Origin: Hyphochytrium catenoides
Lineage: Eukaryota > Protista > Hyphochytriomycota
Assembly: GCA_900088475.1 (NCBI GenBank)
Contig: FLMG01001651.1
Coordinates: forward strand, 1 to 64,000
Length of the DNA: 64,000 nucleotides
Direction of reading: 5' to 3'
Shown: one piece after another, positions 32,630 through 46,748 of the stretch
Position numbering within the stretch: position 1 is the first letter of the stretch
Layout of the letters: every line of letters begins with the position of its first letter
Notes under the pieces: generated by a model
Told to the model about the DNA's origin: nothing
Seen by the model: the letters and a program-made list of their open reading frames with translations, nothing else
Databases searched by the model: none
Translations under genes and position numbers: made by a program

Positions 32630-34265
32630 CTACCCTTCTTCCTCGAAAATAAGATCTAGAGCCGTGCGTACTGACTCTGTAATATGATGCGGGTCAAATC
32701 TAGTCGGCTGGCCTTCTTTGTAGACACCGGTCTTGACTAATACCCCAGTCCAATGGTGTCCGGCCCCTAGGGCACCAGCTATGTCGGACTCTGGGTTATC
32801 GCCTATCATATAGTATCTATGTACTCCTTTGTAGCCCATTTGTTTGGCCTGATGGAGGTATGTTAGTGAGTGCTTGACAAAGACAACCCAAGAAAACATG
32901 ACCTGCTCCTCCATCGTTGATTCTGCAAAGTAGTAGCTGAGCTTATCCGGCTTCCCATACCAGGTACTTTGTAAAGGTCTAAAGGTGCATATGCAGGCGG
33001 GTAAGAGACGGGAAAAGGGAGAGTATGATAGAGAACAAACAGTTCCCTGGCAAGTGGAGGTATAATCACGGCAATAATGGGTTTGCAGTTACCTATTGGT
33101 GGCGCTTTCATAGAGGTGCTCTAATAGGCGCCCGAACACCCCCGATCCAAATCGGGGTAAGTGATACTCTGTCACATATCTATGAAAAGAAGGCAGCAGT
33201 CTTAGATACAGCGTCCCAGCGGGAGCGGGTAAAGAATACGTACTCAAAGTCTGGACAAGAGAAAAATATAGGGACCACCTGCTTGTCCGCTATGGTCCCT
33301 GGTCTCCCATCTGATCTTAGGACGTCGCAGAGGATCTTTACGAACGTCGCTCTCAGCCTCCAAGGTTTTCAGAGGGAATGAATCACCTGAGAACTCACCT
33401 GCATCTCCCGACTCCAAATAAGGGGGTCCATAAAGACCAAGACTGCGCCTATCGGTTCATGAAATCTGTCAACCTTAGGCACAGCCCTGGGCTCTATATC
33501 TGCACTGACAAAGTAAGTTCACTGGTATGCCCTGGCGCTATAGAAGGCTAGGTACTTACCAGGATAGAGGTGCGGGAATTGTTCATGATATTCATCTACT
33601 GTCACTATGTTACGGAAGCCATAACTGTAAGCAAGACAACCGTGTAACGTCAGTACAAGCGTCTCCGCTCATCTATCACCTTACCCCTACCTCTCAGAGA
33701 TCTCTTTGGCCTTCTCCTTTCCAACAACGAGCACCAGCTTTGATCCGTACTCGGGAATCAATGCCTTCATTGGGGTGTGCGCCAACTGCAGCTGTATCAG
33801 ATGTAGAGGTGTCAATTCAAGAACGATGACGAGCCGTAAGCAGCCACACTGACTTGATCGCTGTTGATCTTCAGGCCCTGCAGGATAATGGACGGAAATA
33901 GGAGAACACTGTGAGATTTGAGTTCATAGTGCAGAATGCGTGCTGAGCCATACAAGTTTCTTGCTTAGGATGTCTGCTCTTTCATCCTCAGTCTGTCCTC
34001 CACCATTCGTCATGAAGAGGTGCGGTACCCTGAAGTGTGGGTGAGGATAGATGAATAGCGTAAAGTCATACACAATGGCTTGCCTGTTCTTGCGGAGAAG
34101 CTCAATCGTGTCCACAGCACCAGGCAGCACCTCCGTGCCACGGTAAAGAACCCCATCTATGTCCATGACCACGCCAAAGGTGGACTTGGCACTCGTCGAA
34201 GAAAAAGTCCTCCTGCGTAAGCATCGATGCGATCGCCAGAGCATCTCCCCACTTCTTCGCAACAT
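32630..34265 (-). CDS. HDHD5: HAD-superfamily subfamily IIA hydrolase (HDHD5/CECR5-like), mitochondrial presequence
   Basis: FGVVMDIDGVLYRG, FMTNGGG, LAHTPM, RFGAGAF, YGKP, YYMIGDNPESDIAGA, VLVKTGVY. Confidence 0.92.
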
Positions 34266-34902
34266 AGCTCAACGTCTCAGCCCACTACCAGGAAAGACGC
34301 TGGTATTTAGAGGAGAAGCTCTTTACACTGTTCTGACCTATCGGCAGCGGCGGTGACTCTCTTCTGGTGTCTCCGAATCAAGCCCTGCTCATCTACGTCT
34401 GGAGTGGACCAGTGAGCTCTGTCCTGTGCGATCATCGTGCCAGCAAGTTGATAGGCAGATTGCTTGACTTGCTTGATGAACGTGAAGCTTTCTCTTCTTA
34501 CCTCCCCTCTGCTACTCTGGGTTATCACAAAGGAATCCAAGCCTTCGATTCTATAATAGTTACCTTTTCGCACCGACATCCGTTAACGGCCCATGAAGGT
34601 CCGCTTAGTTGCAAAATTCAAAATCACAGTAAATTGTATTGATTCTCTGCCGTTCTGGCGCTCTGTCTTCTACAAGTAGCAAGAGCAGACCTCCTCTATA
34701 TCCCCAGCTCCGCGGATCCGAAGGAGAATCTGAGTGTGCTCGTTCAGTCTATCACGCCCCGATGATTCACACCTGAAGACTCATTGCAGAGTTATAGGGG
34801 CCAGCTCCTGGTCAGAAAGGCTGTGCGCACTAAGCATTTAGACCCTAATCCATCTGGTCACCGTTAAAATACTCAAACTCTGTACCGGGACGATAAGGAA
34901 AG

Positions 34903-37900
34903 ATGGCATTGAAACATAGGAGACTTACAATTGGCCAGGGCGACGGGACTCCTGATGGCCCAGATGGGCAAGCAAAGCTCGCCGAAAACGATGATGCAGA
35001 CGAGCGTATCAAAAGGTTCCTCACTATCGAGCACATTCCTTTCTGGTCAGACCGCTGATTATGTCCTTTCAGGCGATTATCGAGAGCTTTTGAGTCCAGG
35101 AGGAAGTCCCTGGGTCCTGGCAAGTCCCCATTCAAATCTCATAGTGAAATTGCAGAGATGTATGCGGCCATTATCAAGATGGCTTCTGAAAATGTAAGTG
35201 TTAGAGCGATGCATGCGCCAAACACAGTCATCATGAACCACTAACCGATCCCATACAGAAAATTAATCAAAAGAACGCTTGGTCTCTACACCTAATTGAC
35301 CATGTGGATGACCTCATCGAAGACTCCCAGTAAGTTAAGTGCCATTATTCGTGGCCTCTCATTCATCTCAAGGGTATACGCCCACAGTCCGACTAACTGT
35401 GTTACGCAGCAACAAAGCGAAGCAGCATGAGACATATAACTTCCAGAAAGCCAGCTGCACCCTAGACGCGAGTGTTAAGATATATTCCTATCGAGTGGAC
35501 GACACCTACTCTGCTTCCTTCAAGATCCTCGAAAACTTGAGCAGGACAGGAGGAGGAGGAGGTAGCTATGGTGTATGTAGGTTCTTTCTTCTTTCAATGA
35601 TTACTGAGTTCTCATGTGTAGAAAGTAAACAAGGAGAGGAGGAAGATGTCGTGGGACAGGAAAAGACTGCTGCCCGGAAGGTGAGTCTAAGCTCCTGCCA
35701 TTTCTCCCTCATTTACTCTTCTCCTCATGTTTTACCCTGTTCCTTGGGCTCTTATCCATAAGATGACTTCTTGATCTATAGCATAACACCTCTTGCCCAA
35801 CTCGCAAGAAACTAACTCTTGGTCGCCAGTTTACACCGACAGCTACCTTGGAGCAAAACCTTAACAACATCAACGTGAAAAACTTTGACCTAGCATTTGA
35901 TCTGGATCCACTGTTCATGAAGGTACTATCTCAGTGCGGACGTTCATTTTACTCTAAAGCTGACTTCTGCTGCAGATGTCACAAAAATTTGATGAGGGAG
36001 GAGCTAGGGGTATGCTCCTGGCCAACCTGGTGAGCTTCTACGACTAGGAGAAGATAATTTCGCCTCAAGAAATGCTCATACTCCGCTCGATTCCCACCAT
36101 TAGAACTTAGGCAACAATTGCAATCTTATATTCGATTCATCGGAGACCTCTCAGGCGAAAGCCTTCACCGACGAATCCAGCTCCGCAGACGCGAAGGAGA
36201 CCATTGATGTTTCTTCGTTGTCTGCCACATTTGTCTCTATTTGTCCAAATGTTGAGGTACGTATCACCTACTCTCAGTGAGGTACCAATTAGGAAAGAGA
36301 AGAGACTTCACATAAACTTGTAACTATCTTTTTGGCAAAGGGATAGCTGTATCTCTCCCATACAGATTCCCCTACAACCCTGTTCCGTCCCCTTCTGACT
36401 TTTCTGCTGGGCTGCGACTTCTTGTCACACTAGGAAGTTCAAGTATGTCCCCGTTTAGAGGTGCTCTACAACAAGATAGAAGCGCTGAAGACCGGGTCGG
36501 GCTATACTAGGGAAAAGGTACCTCTTGGTCTCTTAGATTGCCAGACTTTCACTAACTTCACATGAATCTAGGGAGATAAAGCTTCGCCTGAGGACGAAGA
36601 TTCTGACGTAGATGAGGCTCAGTATGACTTCGGATATGGAGAGTCTGACACTGAAGATCACTTACAGGTGCTTTAGCTGATTCCTTAAGTCAGGGTAGAC
36701 TCCTAAAGACCTAACGCTATCTTGGAAGCTAGCCGTGGCAACAGGAAGAGCAACTGCAGGAAAACCTTGGCCGAGAATCAGAGGAACCAATCACTCAGAA
36801 GTCTATGAAGGACGAGAATAGCTTTTCCACTTCCACAACAAGTGGCATACTCGATCAGATATCCTTTTCACAGCGCGTTCTACCCTCTATCTAGCCATTC
36901 CTCTCTTCTTTGCTGCATAATCAGATATCTGCGTCTGCGAAATGAAAGTTTGTCTCTTACATCATGAACACATAGAGCTAGTTCTCTTGGAGTCACTGGA
37001 GTCAGACTTCTCCAATGAATACGCTTATTTTGACCCGAAAAGGATGCAGAACTGGGCTGGCGCCAACCATTGGAAATTTTCGTCAGCAGCAAAGCGGAAA
37101 GAACAGCACAGCAGCGACCTTGGGACGTCGGGTGGTGTACCTGAAAATCACGAAGTCGGTGCTGAAAAGTAAGTCAAAGACCTATGCCCAGCTATTATTG
37201 ACGTTGTATGAAGGTTCTACCTACTACGGATAACCTTGGCAGGACACTAACAAAGTTTCTCTTCCATATCTGCTCCAATTGGCTCACGGCTACTACTGCA
37301 GGCCCTCCAGAAAGAAAAAGGCGCCTTTCCTCATTGACTTTTGGGCTGATCCTGCTGCCATCAATGATCGATTTGATAAGCCTTCCCGATCTATGACCTC
37401 TACGCAACTTACCGCCGCGGCGCTTACCAAGGCACAAAACTCTGCTGCTTCGCTCATTCTTCCGAACGATTTGCACTTCAAAGTATCAGATTTGCTAACG
37501 CTCTTCACGAAGAAACGAGTTCTGTTAAAGAACTATAGTCCTCTCCAAGCCTCTTCTCCGTCCACTGGGGGAGGGGCTTATTCGGCTTTCTATGCACATC
37601 CAAACCCTGCCTCAAGCGACCTTGAGGACGAGGACGGAGGGGAATTTGTAGGTGGATTTGGAGATGAGAGTGATGGAGAAGAAGAGGTTCGGCCAGGAGA
37701 AGGGCCCCGTCTGGATACTGCATCGGGTCTAATTGTTGATGACTTTGCCGGTAAGTATTCCCTTTAGATGCATCGTCTCGCTCCTTTCTATTCTTCTTTA
37801 TCGAAGTGACACTAAACGTTAGGAGATCATCCTATACACCATAACCGGGTCTGTTGTCACTCCTTACAGGCGATAGGTTATTAACTTCTTCTTCAATACC

Positions 37901-38464
37901 TCCACGACCTCATTGCTTTCTTCTACAGTGTCAGGGCTCATTCAAGCAGACAGGAAAGTAGAACGAATTCAGCTAAATCATGCGACGGTAGCGAAGAAGG
38001 TAGATGTAAAGAGGCTGAAGGAAAACCTCTGGGACTATGTGGGCCACACAGCTAGCAGCCCGGAAGCAGACAAAATCCAAACCCCTGCTTCCTCCGCCGC
38101 TGCCATGGAAGAGGAAAGGGTAAGTCTGAATCTCCATCTGAGCATCTTTAAGATCTCACTTACACTTGTCTCTTTTGCAACATACCACATAGCAAAAGGA
38201 AACGCAGTCAGAAAAGCAAGAACTAACGTTCAGTAAGACCATGGGAGCGGTATCCAATAATGTAAGCCATTTATCCGGAACGGTGCCACGCCTCTCAGAT
38301 GTCGGACATGGACGCTTACAGACAGCATTCTTTTGCTCTATCAGGTCCCTTCAAACGTGACCGTACCATTTTACTTCATTTGCTTGCTACACTTGGCGAA
38401 TGAGAAGCACCTTTCTCTAGTAGGACAGGAAGATCTGTCTGACTTCAAGATTTATCAAGATTAG
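34903..38464 (+). CDS. NCAPH: Condensin complex subunit 2 (kleisin Barren/Brn1/CAP-H), multi-exon
   Basis: [103 protein letters not shown]. Confidence 0.96.
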
Positions 38465-38778
38465 AATCTTTACTAAAGAAGAAAAGACGAAGAAGTCTGC
38501 ATTGATTCGCTTTGAGGAAGGGCGGGTTGACCTGCAGACGACGCACAGAACAAATAGCCAAAAATGCAGCGAACTGAAGCTGGCATAAATATAGGAGATG
38601 ATGAGCTACAGAAGGGTCCCGAGCCCCCAAGCTTGAGGGGCAATAAACGGAGCTTACGCAGCGGCAGCTGATAAGTGACGAAAGCTCAGAGTGAGGGTAG
38701 AATGGAGGGATGGAGAGTCAAGACAATAAATAGTGTGTGAACGGTTTTCTTCTAGCATGCGTGCGTCCTAAAACGTCA

Positions 38779-41700
38779 CTAGCATGGATTCTTTTCTGGG
38801 GTCCAAGCGACGAACGGGAACGGTTCTCTGTCGGGAGAAGTAATGGTCCACACCTCTTGAGTTAGAAGGTCTGATGAGAGGATATTGGCATCATATTCTT
38901 CGCCCCTGTAAGTTCAGCCACCCAGGAGAAGGTTAAGTTAGGAGTGTCAAGTGTCGGAGAGTTACTGAATAAAGGCGAGCACTTACCCTTCAGGGCCTTG
39001 CTCACAAATTGCTGCAGGAAGGGCAAAGGCTCCTCCATCGGGAGAGGAAGCTGACGATCGAGTTCCTGCTCTGCTTCTTCTGCGAAGGGTAGTAGCAGTC
39101 TGAGTGTTTCTTCGATGGCCTGTCACTCTCTCCTTGCCATTTAGTACAAGCTCCTCCACGACATTGGTCTGGAACCTAAGAAACACAGTTAGGGGCAGAC
39201 TCGATTCGAAAGAATAGGATTATAGAGATGGACACGAATTCTTTATGGATAGTCCTGAAGTCACTGGTGGATGCGGCAACGATGGAGCGAACTGAAAGCG
39301 AAGCACAGGAGAACTGTGGCCATATCGTACCTCTTGGCATAGAGATCAGGTCTTATGCAGGAAATCCCATTCGCGGACTGGCCCAGGATGTACACCCTCA
39401 GACAATGCTCGAGCCTCTTCCTCCACGACCAGCGGGTCAAAATATCAATGATCCCAATGAAGTACGTGCCTGGACCCCTTACGACATTTGCCCTGATCCC
39501 TCCCTTGCTCCTCCTAAAGAACATAGGTCGACCTGCCGTCTGCTGACCGCTTCGCCAACTTGCTGTGTCGGATGGAGACGCAACTGAAACTCCCCCGGTT
39601 TCACCTCCTCGGGAAGAGGGTATGAGAATGGGACGGAGACCCGTAGAGGAAAGAGTGTGATTGTCGCAAGAAGAACTTTGCAGTGTTGGGGGATTCAAGG
39701 TTAGCGAAGGGCAGGAGGAGGTTGAACGAGGATTAGCTCTATGTCTCAGTGCGCTTCCTGGAGGGCTTTGTTGCATTGGACTCGCTCCTGGAAGAGAGGG
39801 TGACCGATCACTACGCATGAAGGTTGGTGTGTTTGAGACTCCGGCCACTGGCGGGGAGGAGGATGAGAGTATCTCTTCTCCTGCTTCAGGAGGGGCTTCG
39901 AAGGCTCTATAGTGTATCCCCACCAGCAGGCTGTAGTCAAGACTATTTATCTCGGCCAGAAAGAGTGAATCTGTGTGCAACTGCATGAGAATCTTGTTGG
40001 CCACAGAAGTTTCCACATCGAGTCTCCTTCCACCCCAATTCATGTCCTTTCCCACTGATTCACTTGCGTGTCGCAAGCCATACGCTTGGTTCGGACATGG
40101 GGCTTTGGACATACCTAGTGAGCAAAAAAATAGTCCAATGAGTCCCATGCCTTAAGGCTAGCTTCAGCCAATAAGCTGACTTTCTAAGCGAATGCAGTGA
40201 ACCAAAGCATCAATAGATGGAATGGTGTTCCATTGCCGAGGGAAGGTAGACAGACAGAGAGAGAGACAGAGAGAGACACAGACAGGGGTGGAGAGAGAAA
40301 GAAAGACGGAGAGAGACAGAAAAGAAGAGATGAACAGACAGTGAATTAAGAAAGGCAGAAAGGAGAGGAATTGATCAGGTAGCAGCTCAGGGAAGAGCGA
40401 ACAACGAAAAATGTGCTGAGGATTGGTATTGTGACTGCAGAAATGACAGGACAATGTTTGTCTGGGAAGCAGAAGGACTATACCGATGACAAATTTGGCG
40501 CCGCAATAATTGCAAATTGCTTTCCTCCCCGGCTCATTGGATCGATCAATCCTGCCCACCCAAGAGCCCTTGAGATCGAACCGTTCATGAATTCTCAACG
40601 GAGTGTCAAAGACCGTCTGTAGGCAGATGAAGCGCACGACCTTGTTGTACATAGTCAGCTCATACGCGCCGAGAATGCGGGCGATAAGTGTGTCTGGATT
40701 GTTCTTGAGGTGATCTGGAGTGAGTGGGACAAAATATGAGAGAGAGACACACAGAGAGAGAGAGGGAGCGAGTGAGAGAACCGAAAAAGAGAGAGAGAGA
40801 GAGAGTGAGAATGAGAGAGATGCGAAAGAGTGGAACCGACGGGAAACCATGGGTGGCGTGGGAAAGGGAGAAGAAACCTCAGCCTGAAGGACCTTCGTGG
40901 CCTTTACTGACCTATGTAGTTCGGCAAGATCTCCAGGAGGAAGTCCAGTTCGTCTTTCTTACACGTTTTCACTATGAAGCGATTATCTCCGGTGAAGTAT
41001 AGAAAGGCCCCGCTTTTACCCTCGCTGTACTTCTCACTGGCTTTTCCTTTGAAAGACTCCAGGAAGATGGTTGATTTAATGCCAAAGAGCTCCCTTACTG
41101 TCGCGAACTCTTGAGGCCTCTGGTCAGTGAACTCAACCTTGTTGAAAGTGTCAGTGCCCGGAGAGAGTGTGTGCCGTCTTGATTGTTGCCTTAGTACGCC
41201 TCTTCCTGTCTTGATCTCCTCTTCAACCAGTGTGACGCTGCGTGTAATCCCTATGGTGGTATAGTATATGATCTCATGCCGAAGCGCCCAGTTGATTGAG
41301 TCATTTTCCAACACTCTGGAGGAAGAGAGTGGGAGAAGGAAACATCAATAAAGAAGGGTATCTAAGCTACATTTGCGAGCCTGACACTATCAATCGTAGA
41401 AGAGATAGATAAGACACGCGATGGACCACAACAGTAGAGGCAGACGAGAACTCGCCAGAGTATAAGTAGGAGCGCGAGGACCCAATGTCTCCAGGGAGAT
41501 TATGTTAAATGGATTGCATGAATGGCAAGTAAGATTGAGGAAAGAGTAGAAAGCGATGAACCTGTCCCAGTCATTTCTGCGCCAGGCCTCATACGCTCTT
41601 CGGATCTTGTTCGCCTTCGCCCACAAAGCTGCATTTACTAAACCCTTAGCACCGGTAAGGAACTGCAGCATCGTGTTACATGGTCCGCAGTACGGAAGAA

Positions 41701-42738
41701 ACATCAGGAGGGTGTAGACTCCACCGAGGAAGGTCCAGTAGAGAGTGAAGGCCTTGATGTAAAGCTGGGATTGGGATAGATCGTACAAGAGGATTATCCG
41801 CCAGATAAGGGTGTTTGCCCGGGGAAGGAAGAGTCACGGGCGAAAGGCAAGTGAGTTAGTTACCATTTCTTTTCCATATGGCGGTGATTGTACCTTCAAG
41901 AGAGAAAGGACGTGTTGCCTAGCCGCAAAGGATTCTGGCAATCCTTTCTTCAGTCTTTGCTGTACGAAGAAGAAAATGATTGCCACCACTATGTAGATTG
42001 TGGCTATGGGAAAGACCAACAGGACGTAGGACCATCCGCTGAAGTCTAGACGAAGAGAGTGTAAGTCTCTTGGAGAACGCAAGAAGTGGCCCACAAGGTG
42101 AACCAAGACGACCCATAGAGACCTCTTGTGCACAGACTTAGGGAGAGTTAACCTACCCGAGGCCAACTCGTTCTTTATCCAGCAGAATCCCAGTGCGGAG
42201 AGCCCACTCTTCCCGGAGTACCAGAGGATAACTGCGGATATGCTGCTCACTGTCCAGACGAAGATATGATAAGAGAGAATCTGGAGGAAATCTGTCTGAA
42301 ATGGGTTCATGGTCTTCACATGCAGGTCCGCAGCAAGACATAGCAGATAGAGCTCTGTCCCTAGGAGGAAAAACTGCAGCGCGGTATGGTGAGCAAACAA
42401 TTGTGTCGGAAACAGCGAAGCAAGGTACGCTAGCAGAGGAAGTGTACAAATGTCATCTCTCTTGAAGGAAGCGGCCAGTGATATGGCGCACGCACTTGTG
42501 AGAGAGGGCCTGTCTTGTCGCATCCTAGCTCATCCTCAGCTCCAACGCCAGCCAGGTAGATGACATTAAAGCCAAGGGAAAACACTGACATCCAGAATAT
42601 CAATCCATTCGGATGGCTCTTCAATGGCAAGAAGAGCTGATACGAGATGATAACAAAGAGGCAAGATAACAACGAGATAATGGCCCCCGACACTTGGGCC
42701 ACTGTATGGCCCGTGGCCCCGTCGTCATCCGTTGCCAT
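38779..42738 (-). CDS. GPCR-PIPK: 7TM receptor fused to a phosphatidylinositol-4-phosphate 5-kinase
   Basis: N-terminal 7TM region (HPNGLIFW, NPF, GFCWI), LR...GI linker (ALRHEIIYYTTIGI), and PIPK motifs GKSGAFLYFT, IVKT, FDLKGS, KDMN, LDYSLLVGIH, GIIDIL. Confidence 0.95.
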
Positions 42739-43324
42739 GAGGGCTAGGGATCTGGAAGAGCAATGATCATCGGTAACTCTGGGACATTGCCCCTAACCGT
42801 GCTGCTTACTGAAAGCCAAGTTGTAGACACCTTAAGCACTGACTCATCCCTCTTAGAGAATCTTAACGTCAGCCTCACGCCGTGGGAGTACTGACTTCTG
42901 GTGCCAGAGGAAGTGCAAGTAGCCCGTCAATAAGGCAAATTGAGTTCAGTTCTTGCTGGATTTCGGTAGAATCGAATGAGACTCTCACTAGGTAAGGTTC
43001 CTTCGAGTAGCGCGGCGCAGGATCAGGCCCTGTCGACTATCTCTGTGGCGGGCACTGAAGGAGGAGCTGCGGTTCGCGAGCAATGACCGCATCTCTTCCA
43101 CCAGACAGAGAGATCTGTAACGCCCTCCTGGTAAATTGACCAAAGAATCATCCTCTTGCCTGTCAAGTACAAGTAAGCCTTGCCTTGTTTTCAACAAAGT
43201 CTGTAAACTGGGAGTACTGCACAAGTGGCCTGAGAGATTTCCACAAAGTTATTGACAGGGAACTTTCTTTTTTCACGTAAAGTTGCAGGATGCTAGTGAA
43301 TATTAGCATTAATCCACAGTAAAT

Positions 43325-45495
43325 ATGATTGACTTGGACCCCTTGACCTACCAGTTCTGGTCATTCAGGTCTCAGGTCATGACGCTTCAGATCCCGCAGA
43401 TTCATTTGAGATCTCTTCAGGATTGTCGTGGTGCTCTCGGTGGCTTTTATCACTACTCAGAAGTATGTTGGTGCTCTACTTCATTACAAATGGGACAAAG
43501 GTAGCAGTGACTAAAGCCGTAGAAGGGCTCAACACGACGCGCACTTGGTTGCCGCCATTCCTGAGGAAGGTGGTGGAGACAGGTATTTTGACCTAGCGCT
43601 AAGAAAGAAGCCCTCGTCACCGTAACCTCTCTTGTCATATACCCAGATCACTACTATCACTGAATTCATCTTCTGCCTAAAGGTGCACGCTTCGCTCATT
43701 CTGTTTCTGCGCTATCTCTTGTGGACTCCTCTCCCTATTCCGTTGTCGATGAAAGCTAGTGGCACGATGAAGGAGCCTCTTTTGGTTACCTCAGAACTGG
43801 TGGTGGTGCGGATGAAAGGAGTGTTATATGTAGCAGCAGCGGGAGATAGACCGTGAACTCTTGGCATCATTACCACACTCGCCCAGCCATACTGTGGGTC
43901 AAGGACAAATGGAAGAATCAGCGATGACCGCCCCTCCATGGTTCTTATCGGGTCTCGGACTTGTTCATCATCAACAGCCTTAGTCGGTTCTACGGACTAG
44001 TGAAGATCTTGCTCCGGAGCAGAAACTCATAGCGCAGCCAAGAGACATCCATCTGAAAGGTGATTCCGATGCGATCGTACTCATTCGTTGCATTTACTTC
44101 TGACTTCGAGACCACCCTAGGGCAGCCTTCTCAAACCTTTCTTCCTGCTTGGTCTAGACGGAGGAACAGCCCAGTCTTGACGCAGCCGTCTACTATAATG
44201 TTGATGACGGAGATAGAGTCTTGCTAATGAGCTGCTTGGGCTAGAAGTAAAATAGCCCACTTTTGACGCAACCGTACACTACAGCATTTCTTTTTCATCT
44301 CTTCAGAGCTAATAATCAAAGAATCCGATGTATCCCACTGCGAGTCTCAAGTTCAGGGAAGTGCGGTTGATGTGGCTTCCTATTGGGCGCCAANNNNNNN
44401 NNNNNNNNNNNNNNNNNNNNNNNNNNNNNNNNNNNNNNNNNNNNNNNNNGTCTTCTGAGCGAGGTTCCTGACGACAGATCAGTAAGTTCAGGTTGAATGA
44501 TGATGACAATCTGCTTGTTGCTTTCAGTCACTTTAGGAGCAGATTCGAGGGGGAGGGAGCGTTCAGAAGAGGTAGCCGGGCCAATTCATCAAAGACATAA
44601 GAATGGGAGTTTAAACAGCGCACGTTGAATGATTGAGCACCAATATATGTAGCTCTGCAAGACTAGTAAGTGACAACGAGCCCGAAGAAGCTTCCTGATC
44701 TCTTAACACTAATCAAGGACGCCAACTACGGGGTGATCGTACTCAATCCTTGTAATTTATTTCTCGCGACCATTCAGCTAGCAATGATAGCGCTCAAGAT
44801 AAGGTCGCAAGAAGCAGCGTTCTCAAATGTTTCCTCTTGAATCGTTCACTGAGCAGGCTGCTCAGGCCTGTCTACCTTTGCACGGCTTACACTGATAAGC
44901 TGTATAGAAGTTAGCTGTAATCTGCTTGCTGTTGTTACTGCTCTTCTACCTCATCTATCTTTTTGGTGGATAAGATTTGGCAGGCCGCATACTCGTTACT
45001 TCAATAAAGGTATGCCTGACATAAGCCCCATAATCTCTGACTGCAATGTTACACCGGTCGCTAGCCTTATCATGGGCCTTGTGACCGTCTTCCACATGGT
45101 AGCCAACCATGGCCAGGGCACGACAGCGAAAGAGCGACCTCAATTAATAGACCTAGGAAACTATCGCCCCAGAGCTCCATCTGCACTCCTCCAGATCTTC
45201 AAGAATGGAGGTCTCAGATCTCAAGGAGGAATGTGTTCACAAACACAGTAAGGCATGCAAGACAACATATTCGGAAGGACATGAGCTTACAGAGGGCTTA
45301 TTCCGGAGGAGGCAGTGAGGGATTATGAATCCTCACTGTGTACAATACATCCTCTTCTCAGATGCTGAAAATAAACTATGGGAACGCGAAGCACAACACT
45401 GGCCAAGGAGGAGGAGGAAGGACCTGCACTTTACGAAAGACACAAGGACGAGGTGGGAAACGAGGAAGAGTTGTGAAGAACGGGAGAAAGAGTGA
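43325..45495 (+). CDS. Possible spliced gene of unknown function spanning an assembly gap
   Basis: The last three candidate exons join in frame through GT-AG sites (DLAGRILVTSIK|ETIAPEL...|NAENKLWERE...EKE*). The 5' exons could not be phased. Confidence 0.3.
44394..44449. other. Assembly gap (56 N)
   Basis: Run of N. Confidence 1.
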
Positions 45496-45902
45496 CACCG
45501 AGATATATGGTTCACAATTACATTACAGTATAGCGCTTTAGAGAAACAATAGAGCACTAGATTGCGGGAGAGAACAGTGAGATAGCCAGAAGTGGAGCAG
45601 ACTATTGCGGGTGCGAACTAAGATAACACTCTACTATTTGTCCTTCTTCCTGCATCATCATTCTGATCGCTTGTCTGACTCCATTGCCATCTTCGAGGCT
45701 CGATCTCTGTGAGTTTTATAGAGCTTAGGCCCTGGCGCCCGTCACAGGTGTTTGCTGCAAGAAGATTTCATTGGAGTACGGAGTCTCTCGCCGCCGCTAC
45801 TAGGTTGAACAGTTCATCTCTTGGGGTTCTGTGCTCGTCTTGGATACTCAGTGCGTTAGCTAGCCCAAGCTTGAGGTCCTTGTGTATTGCCGTTGCCACA
45901 CA

Positions 45903-46748
45903 ATGGCCTACAATGGTAGAGGAGGTCGAGGTGATGCCTACAACCAAAGTAGGGGAGACCCCTATGGGCAAAGCCGCAACAATCCCTATGGCCAAGGAGG
46001 TCGAGGCTATGGTCAGCAAGGTCGTGGTGATCCGTACGGACAAAATCGACGTGATACATACGGGCAAGGTAGGGTGCCCTCTGACCCCGCGGTTTTCGGT
46101 GAGTCACTTTCACGGTTGAAAACGAAGTGCTGTCGTGAGCCCGAACGCCTGCGACGTTTCTGAGTGCGTCCACAGTGCTTGACAACGCTGATTCGGATCA
46201 TGCAGGCAATGACGACAACAGAGAAGCCCGGACGAGCCCGTATGTGACAGGAAGAGGCCTGAAGGATAGAGAGGACAGCATAGGTCTTCATTCGTCAGAC
46301 TTCACTCAAATGAACCAGGAACAGCTGATGCAGGCCAGGCAGATGGAGGAAGCCAGACAGGTAACCTTTGACGCTATGCAAGGGTCGTTACTTTTGCCTA
46401 ACGGACACTTTCCAAGGACCAATTGCTTGACAATATCGGCAAGGGAGTGCGGAATATCCGCAATCAAGCACTAGGCATCCAGGACGAAGTGACAACACAG
46501 AATCGGATGCTGGATGATCTGAACAATGTAAGCGCTCGCAGTGACCATTCACTGCCCGAACTCATGCTGATCTCTTATGGACTCTGTTATAGAACGTCGA
46601 CACCACACGGCAAGTCGTTGAGGTGCAGGCAGAGAAGGCGAAAGCGATTAACAAGAAGAAGAAGAAGATCTGCTTTCTGTACATCATTGTCATCGTCCTT
46701 GTCGCAGCAATTATCATCGTCCAGTTCGCCGTGCCTGATCTTGGCTGA
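45903..46748 (+). CDS. Qc-type t-SNARE (syntaxin-6/8 or Bet1-like) with an RG/YG repeat N-terminus, 4 exons
   Basis: QDQLLDNIGKGVRNIRNQALGIQDEVTTQNRMLDDLNNNVD is a SNARE helix with a central Q, followed by a basic stretch and a C-terminal TM anchor. Confidence 0.88.
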
